Notes under the pieces: model-generated
Told to the model about the DNA's origin: nothing
The model's database searches: none
Seen by the model: only the letters and a program-made list of their open reading frames with translations
Translations under genes and position numbers: made by a program
Shown: piece by piece, positions 58,156 through 64,000 of the stretch
How the letters are laid out: each line of letters begins with the position of its first letter
Position numbering within the stretch: position 1 is the first letter of the stretch
Assembly: GCA_017466695.1 (NCBI GenBank)
Contig: JAFTTR010000002.1
Coordinates: 4,604-68,603, forward strand
Source of the DNA: Alphaproteobacteria bacterium
GTDB taxonomy: Bacteria > Pseudomonadota > Alphaproteobacteria > CAAHEQ01 > UBA3637
Direction: 5' to 3'
Length of the DNA stretch: 64,000 nt

Positions 58156-58767
58156 CTATCCACGCTGTCTTCCATAATTTTGTTTAAAAAAGTTAGATGC
58201 GGCTTTATATTTAAAAAAGTTAGATGTGACTTTATCTTTAAAAAAGTCAGATGCGCCTTCTTTTGAATAAAAACAATTGCTATCTGGACTTGTTTTCTTC
58301 CTTGTATCATCAAAGTGATCAGCTGAAGAAGTTTCTTTTTTCTCTGAGGAGTTATTCCCTGTTTCTGGCATTTTTTGATTATTTTGACAAGCTAAACGCC
58401 ACTCATATATAATATTTGGGTCGAAACCAATTTTGTTACCAAGTTCTACCCCATGAATCCAATGCTCGATTAAAAACTTGGTCGCTTTTTGATAAATATC
58501 GTTTGTCATATGGTGATTATTAACAGCCGCCCTTTGCATAGAATTTGCAATCAATTCAGGGGTCAAATAGTCCATTTTAGCAGATTTTAACGTCGCTTGC
58601 ATCAAACGAGCCCATCTGTCAGCGAACTGAAACGCAAGCCTTTCTGGTGAACAATAAGGCAACCTCATTTCAAGCCTACCCCAAGAAATATCACATCCTC
58701 TTACATCAATTTTTTCGCCCTTGATGTCCTTATCAACCATTTTTGCAATCTCAGAACGGTTCCACAT
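58156..58767 (-). CDS. Hypothetical protein with C-terminal 9-aa repeats
   Basis: AAGGAG RBS; FADRWARLMQ..HWIHGVEL. Confidence 0.7.
   Translation of the reverse strand: MWNRSEIAKMVDKDIKGEKIDVRGCDISWGRLEMRLPYCSPERLAFQFADRWARLMQATLKSAKMDYLTPELIANSMQRAAVNNHHMTNDIYQKATKFLIEHWIHGVELGNKIGFDPNIIYEWRLACQNNQKMPETGNNSSEKKETSSADHFDDTRKKTSPDSNCFYSKEGASDFFKDKVTSNFFKYKAASNFFKQNYGRQRG
58177..58257. repeat. 3 x 27-bp in-frame tandem repeat
   Basis: TTTAAAAAAGT(T/C)AGATG at 58183, 58210, 58237. Confidence 0.85.
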
Positions 58768-58893
58768 AAAAAACTCCTTTAGATAAATACAAAATAGAGC
58801 TGTATTCTAACACACTGCCGTTTATTTGTCAATGTTTTTTAATATATAACTATACCCACACAAAATTTTAAATATCAAGCATTCGAACTTTCT

Positions 58894-59604
58894 TTATCCT
58901 CGAATATGTGTTCTTGCAAAATTTTGTACCAACGGCAACGAGCTTTTAATCACTTGCTCAGGAGCAAGAGTTAAAACCTTATCAGCAAGTGTTTTTGATA
59001 AATTTTCATCTATAGATTTGTTTGAAAAAGTATCCCACGAAAGAGGTGCACTTGAAAACAGACTTTCTTTTAAAGAAACAACTTTTTTTGACATAATTTT
59101 TTCTTTTTTCATCATATGTTTTAATTTAAGCGCAGTTTTAAGTGTTTGACGCTTTGTTTTATGAATAATGTGTTTCATATTTCTTCGTTCCAAACTTTTA
59201 GCACATGAAAACCCAGAAGCAACCAACGAAAGCGCTGCTCCAAGCCCACCCAAAGGCACTAAAATATTATCCCCTTTATCCTCAGTTATTCCTGCAATAA
59301 CCGCTGCACCAAGACTCAGCAAGCCAATAAGAGCTGACCCTTTTGCAATTTTTGGCCATAAGGTGGAGGGTTTACCAAGCTGGACCTCTTTTTCATCCTT
59401 TTTAGCAAGACCTACCCCAACCAATCCAGCTGAAGCAACAGTTGAAAGAGCACCTATTGGAACAAAAAAATCATCTTTTTCACTCTCATTTACAGCTGTT
59501 ATTATGGTAGCCCCTAAAGAAACACCACAAATAGCTGTTGAAATTTTCACCGTTCTACCCCAATTTTTGGCACTTTTTTCAATTTTTTCTTTCGTTTCCA
59601 TCAA
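58894..59604 (-). CDS. Hypothetical protein with duplicated hydrophobic hairpin
   Basis: SLGATII..DDFFVPIGAL vs SLGAAVI..DNILVPLGGL. Confidence 0.7.
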   Translation of the reverse strand: MMETKEKIEKSAKNWGRTVKISTAICGVSLGATIITAVNESEKDDFFVPIGALSTVASAGLVGVGLAKKDEKEVQLGKPSTLWPKIAKGSALIGLLSLGAAVIAGITEDKGDNILVPLGGLGAALSLVASGFSCAKSLERRNMKHIIHKTKRQTLKTALKLKHMMKKEKIMSKKVVSLKESLFSSAPLSWDTFSNKSIDENLSKTLADKVLTLAPEQVIKSSLPLVQNFARTHIRG

Positions 59605-59798
59605 ATTCCTCCGACCAATAAGGCCCGTATATTAACATAATTTTATTTATTTGTCAATATTTTATAATACATTGCAAATTCATTCTATTTAACCCTTTAA
59701 AAAGAGAAAATCAAAAAACAAAAAAGATTTTTAATTAGAAAATTTATTGACTTTTTGTTGATTTAAACTAGCTTCATAGACCTGAAAGTGAGGTAAAA

Positions 59799-60095
59799 AT
59801 GAAAAAAACAATATTTGGATTATTAGCAGGAACTCTTTTATTATCAGGCTGTGCAGGTTCAACAGATGGCACAAACTTAACAACAATGGGGAAAATGAAA
59901 ACCTGTTTAACTGAAAAAGCGATGCAAACCTTAACAGATGGGTCATTATACACCAATGGTGTTACTGCAACAGCTAAAACAATTTCAAATAGCTGTATTA
60001 AATCCTTGGCAATGGAACATCTTGGTATTGATACACAAACAACTCAAATGGCAACAACCATTTTATCAGCTTTAAAAACAGCTAACCCACAATAA
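59799..60095 (+). CDS. Small lipoprotein
   Basis: Lipobox LSGC; GAGG RBS. Confidence 0.8.
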   Translation: MKKTIFGLLAGTLLLSGCAGSTDGTNLTTMGKMKTCLTEKAMQTLTDGSLYTNGVTATAKTISNSCIKSLAMEHLGIDTQTTQMATTILSALKTANPQ

Positions 60096-60152
60096 AATTA
60101 AAAGACACTCTCAAAACGTTTTTTGTTTTGGGAGTGTTTATTTGACGATACC

Positions 60153-60554
60153 ATGCTCACATATAAACAACGATTACAGTACACACTTTATACTTTAAAA
60201 CACAAAAAAGCATTTTTAAAAGTTGAAAAACAACTCAGAGGGAAAAACACCTTGAGTGGTTATTTGCATGATATTGATAAGCCATTGCTTTATTTATTTT
60301 GTTTTTGGCTTGAACTTAATCAAATTCAATCAATTCACAGAAAATACAATCGTCATCATGTTAAAAACACTTTGAAAAAAACGCCCGATGATTTGTTAGA
60401 TACAGTTATTGATTGGGAATGTGCCAGAATGACAAAGCCTGACAAACCCCTCAACGCCTACGAAACGCTGATGAAATTTTATCCAGAATATAAGTCAACG
60501 TATTTGCCTGTTATAAAAAAATACCTCGCTCATCAAGTAAAAGAAAAAGAATAA
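60153..60554 (+). CDS. HD-like hypothetical protein
   Basis: HKK..HDIDK..HRKYNRHH..DWECAR. Confidence 0.65.
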   Translation: MLTYKQRLQYTLYTLKHKKAFLKVEKQLRGKNTLSGYLHDIDKPLLYLFCFWLELNQIQSIHRKYNRHHVKNTLKKTPDDLLDTVIDWECARMTKPDKPLNAYETLMKFYPEYKSTYLPVIKKYLAHQVKEKE

Positions 60555-60589
60555 TAATGTATTTATTATTAAAAAATATTAATAATTGC

Positions 60590-60757
60590 TTGACAAACAA
60601 ATCATTTAAGTGCAAACTACGGGTTATAAAAAAGGATTTATATCATGTATACAAAATTTGAAAAGTGTTGCTGTTGTAAAAAGATCTAGCCTTGCTGCCA
60701 GAGCTGTTTACAGCTATACATTTTTTCTTTAAAGGCAGCTTAAAAGCTGCTTTTTTT
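60590..60757 (+). promoter_or_regulatory. Cysteine attenuator: leader peptide MYTKFEKCCCCKKI (60645-60689) and terminator
   Basis: AAGGA RBS; TGT TGC TGT TGT; GCTGCC antiterminator vs GGCAGCTT..AAGCTGC+T run. Confidence 0.88.
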
Positions 60758-60786
60758 AACATTAAATAACAAAAAGGAACCATAAA

Positions 60787-62208
60787 ATGAGCGTATATTT
60801 ATATAATACAAAGACCAGAAGCAAAGAAGAATTTAAACCATTGAATGAAAAAATGGTAACAATGTACTGCTGTGGTCCAACCGTCTATTCATATGCTCAC
60901 ATTGGGAATTTAAGAACTTATATTTTTGAAGACCTAATTGCAAACACCTTACGTTTGGCTGGATATAAAATTAAACATGTTATGAACGTGACTGACGTTG
61001 GACATTTAACAAATGACAGCGATGATGGTGAAGATAAAATGCTCATCGCCGCTGAACGAGAAAAAAAGAGTGTGATGGAAATTGCCCGTCATTATGAAGA
61101 TACATTTTTTAGACACACCAGCGAACTTGGTCTAAAACGTCCTACCATTGTCTGCCGTGCAACCGAACACATTGAAGATATGATTAAATTTGTCAAATCA
61201 TTAGAAGACAAAGGTTTTGCTTATTTTTCAAATGGAAATGTTTATTTTGATACATCTAAGTTTGAAAAGTATGGTTGCTTATCAGGTCAAAATCGTGAAG
61301 ATTTAAAACATGGCGCAAGAACAGAGCAAGATGCAAACAAAAAAAATGCTTCCGACTTTGTGCTTTGGTTTACATCTTCTAAATTTGAAAATCAAATTCT
61401 TCAATGGGATAGTCCTTGGGGCCGAGGTTATCCAGGTTGGCATATTGAATGTTCTGCTATGTCAACAAAGTACCTTGGCGAACGCATCGACATCCATTGC
61501 GGTGGGATTGATCACATTCCTGTTCATCATGAAAATGAAATTGCTCAAAGTGAAGCTCATTTGGGCCATGAATGGGTCAATTTCTGGATTCATATGGAAT
61601 TTTTAAATACAAAAGCTGGGAAAATGAGTAAATCAACTGGGGGTAAAACAACCATTGACACATTAAAAGAGTTGGGTTATCTCCCCATGCATTACAAATA
61701 TTTCACTTTAACATCTCATTATCGCAGTGCAGCTGTTTTTTCTGAAGAAGCAATGGATGGCGCCAAAAAAGCTTATGAAAATTTGTGTACCTTTGTTTCA
61801 GAATTTAAAGCCTCAACTGAAGGTAAAACACTTTTAAGTGATGAAACAGGAAAAGTTGAAAAGCTGAAAGCTGAATTTAATGCCTATTTATTTGATGACA
61901 TCAAAACACCTCTTGCCTTGTCGCATATGTGGAGTGTTGTAAAAGACAATAAGCTATCAGACCTTATTCGGTTAAACTATTTAATGCATGTTGACAGCGT
62001 ATTAAATCTTGAGCTTAAAAATGTGGAAGCTAAAAAAGCACAAGAAATCGAAATAACAGATGAAATCAAAGAGCTTTTAGAACAAAGAAAAGAAGCAAAA
62101 GCCACTAAAAATTGGGCAAAATCTGATGAAATCAGAGATAAACTTGCCTCTCTTGGCCTTGGCGTTAAAGATTTACCCAATAAGGAAGTTGAATTATTTA
62201 AATTGTAA
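60787..62208 (+). CDS. cysS: Cysteine--tRNA ligase
   Basis: CGPTVY..HIGN, PGWHIECSAM, HHENEIAQ, KMSKS. Confidence 0.98.
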   Translation: MSVYLYNTKTRSKEEFKPLNEKMVTMYCCGPTVYSYAHIGNLRTYIFEDLIANTLRLAGYKIKHVMNVTDVGHLTNDSDDGEDKMLIAAEREKKSVMEIARHYEDTFFRHTSELGLKRPTIVCRATEHIEDMIKFVKSLEDKGFAYFSNGNVYFDTSKFEKYGCLSGQNREDLKHGARTEQDANKKNASDFVLWFTSSKFENQILQWDSPWGRGYPGWHIECSAMSTKYLGERIDIHCGGIDHIPVHHENEIAQSEAHLGHEWVNFWIHMEFLNTKAGKMSKSTGGKTTIDTLKELGYLPMHYKYFTLTSHYRSAAVFSEEAMDGAKKAYENLCTFVSEFKASTEGKTLLSDETGKVEKLKAEFNAYLFDDIKTPLALSHMWSVVKDNKLSDLIRLNYLMHVDSVLNLELKNVEAKKAQEIEITDEIKELLEQRKEAKATKNWAKSDEIRDKLASLGLGVKDLPNKEVELFKL

Positions 62209-62366
62209 TTAAAATAAAATCTTTTAACATTTTTTCAACAAAAAAGAGGCCTATTTAGAGGCTTCTTTTTTTGTTAAACAACAAATATTAAAAAATATTG
62301 ACAATATCATTTATTTGTTCTATAATACAAATCTTCTTTCTATTGTTTATCATAAAGGAGGTTACT

Positions 62367-62966
62367 ATGAAGCAATTAGAAAACAAATGTTTGTATATCG
62401 CTGAAAAATTACATGGTGGTGTTGTTTATGGTGGTGGAATGGTTATGTTGGACCAAATTAAAGGCACAACAAATCTTGTTAAAAAACACTCAAATTTAAA
62501 AGGGAAAGAAAAAGAAATTGCTGTTTTAGCTGCCCTGCTCCATAAATGTTTTGAAAAAAAGCGTATTGCTGAAGGCGTTGCACCTTTAACAATGGATGAA
62601 GTTAAAAAAATTGCTGGAAACCAAGTATTATCTGTTATTCAAGAATTGGCTAGCGAACCAGAAGATAAAAATAAAACAAAATTAGGTCAATGGGAAGAAA
62701 AAGCTCAATGGGCTAAAGGATTATCTCATCAAGCACAAGAAATTTTACTTGCTGAAAAAATCATGAATTTTGAAACATCAAGAGATAAACCAAATCCAAA
62801 TAAACCTCTTGCTTGGCACCAAGAATATTTTCAAACAAGAATGAAAATGGTTGACGCATTAAAAGACGTTAACCCTGAACTGTACAATATCGCTGTTCAA
62901 ACAAAAAATCAAGGATTAGCCAAAATTGCTCTGCTTCAAAAGGGATTGGATAATCAAAGAGGTTAA
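62367..62966 (+). CDS. Small alarmone-hydrolase-like (RelA/SpoT HD) protein with degenerate active site
   Basis: AEKLH..AALLHKCFE..VIQELA..LAEKIMN; AAGGAGG RBS. Confidence 0.65.
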   Translation: MKQLENKCLYIAEKLHGGVVYGGGMVMLDQIKGTTNLVKKHSNLKGKEKEIAVLAALLHKCFEKKRIAEGVAPLTMDEVKKIAGNQVLSVIQELASEPEDKNKTKLGQWEEKAQWAKGLSHQAQEILLAEKIMNFETSRDKPNPNKPLAWHQEYFQTRMKMVDALKDVNPELYNIAVQTKNQGLAKIALLQKGLDNQRG

Positions 62967-63164
62967 TATATAAAAGGTATACCCTTTAAAATTTAAATAG
63001 TGGATATTTTGACCCCCTAAAAAGACGCATTCAATGAATGCGTCTTTTTTTAACCTGCATGATAGAGAAAAACCCTTTATGATGTATAAAAAACATCATT
63101 ATATAAAAGGGAGTTTTTAAATATCTTTCATTTCAACTTATAATACGTTCTTTTAAATACTAAA

Positions 63165-63345
63165 TGAGGCTGGATTTGCTTGTTTTACTTCGCTGGCATT
63201 GAAAAATTTTGCTTCGCAAAACCGGCATTCTCTCGCCTGCCTTTTTTCTACAGTTCGAACCAACTCATCCGTTGGTCAAATCCCCTCACCTAGCCAATAA
63301 AAAAACCACCTTAAAGGTGCTTTTTTTTATTGGCTGGAGAAGTCT
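63165..63345 (-). repeat. Orphan tRNA-linked structured unit
   Basis: Reverse complement aligns with 40518-40690; begins with tRNA-like end TCTCCAGCCA + terminator. Confidence 0.8.
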
Positions 63346-63529
63346 GGTAATACATGAACTAATTTATTAGTTGTTTTTTAGCTTTACAGAATCGCTGTTA
63401 ATTCTGAATCTAATCTTTTCCAAAGCCGTTCTTATATTATCAGAAGCAACTTTTCTGTATATTGTTTCTTCATCATAATTGGGTGTTAAACTCCCAACTT
63501 TCTATCGTTTTGAACTTAGAAAAATTTTA

Positions 63530-64000
63530 TTATCTTATTTGTCCATAGAGCCTTCTTGCAAGATGGCTAGCTAATAAAGTATCAGGAATTCTTTTTGTAA
63601 CCTCAGATAATCGCTTAACAGCTTCCGCAGCTTTGAGATTACCTTGTCGTTGCATTAATTCAACATTTTTTACAGTAAGATTGTCTACATATGCTTCTCG
63701 CTCACACATACTATGACCATTGATTGGTTGGGTAGATATATTCTGCATTTCATGTTCAACACTATTTTGAATTTCATCAAATTTTTCAATCAGATAAGAA
63801 AATGCATCTTTTCCTGTTTCAAGTTTATAATTTGGTGTAATTCCCATTCCTTCATATCTACCCTGAATAATAGATGAAGCAGAGGCCCCCAAAGGAATTC
63901 CCATTCGTCCACCATAAGGCAGAGGCAAAGCCGTTTTGCTAGTTGGAGCATTCCCAAACTGTAAACAACCTTTTGTGTTTTCTCCCACAAATCTGACATA
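63530..64000 (-). CDS. Hypothetical protein, probably 5'-partial
   Basis: ORF reaches the window edge; ends RRLYGQIR. Confidence 0.65.
   Translation of the reverse strand, partial: YVRFVGENTKGCLQFGNAPTSKTALPLPYGGRMGIPLGASASSIIQGRYEGMGITPNYKLETGKDAFSYLIEKFDEIQNSVEHEMQNISTQPINGHSMCEREAYVDNLTVKNVELMQRQGNLKAAEAVKRLSEVTKRIPDTLLASHLARRLYGQIR

Noticed and set aside
5080-62180. Many short antisense or alternative-frame ORFs in the track (e.g. 6131-6601, 18233-18634, 30633-30995, 38855-39163, 59168-59635)
   Set aside because: They are shadows of well-supported genes, without RBS or motifs.
63355-63500. Minus-strand coding-like remnant (..YDEETIYRKVASDNIRTALEK..)
   Set aside because: Short, no clear start and no recognisable family; cannot be supported as a gene.

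Overview
AT-rich bacterial chromosome segment. The rplY/pth/ychF sequences and autotransporter style suggest a host-associated alphaproteobacterium (inference). Housekeeping genes (rplY-pth-ychF, tyrS, cysS, bcp, fprA, sodC, endA, glycosyltransferases) and three tRNAs (Thr-GGT, Asn-GTT, Pro-GGG) are interspersed with many orphan, singly transcribed enzyme-like ORFs. Main unexplained structures: (1) an integron-like cassette array behind tRNA-Thr, where antisense-oriented genes (OLD-type ATPase/nuclease, HEPN-like protein, GNAT) are separated by ~140-nt repeats built from the tRNA T-arm/3' end, a terminator and a GTCCGATAAT...ATTATCGGAC inverted repeat, with no integrase in the window; (2) ~172-182-nt structured tRNA-linked units behind all three tRNAs, plus an orphan copy, each carrying an antisense copy of a tRNA 3' half; (3) two copies of a covarying, switch-like leader RNA upstream of lipoprotein genes; (4) four leader-peptide attenuators, including a Cys4 leader on cysS; (5) about 20 orphan proteins with short, often Arg-containing C-terminal tails suggestive of a secreted-effector repertoire; (6) an SF2 helicase and a partner protein sharing an unrecognised ~85-aa repeat. 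All calls come from reading the sequence by eye; no database search was run.
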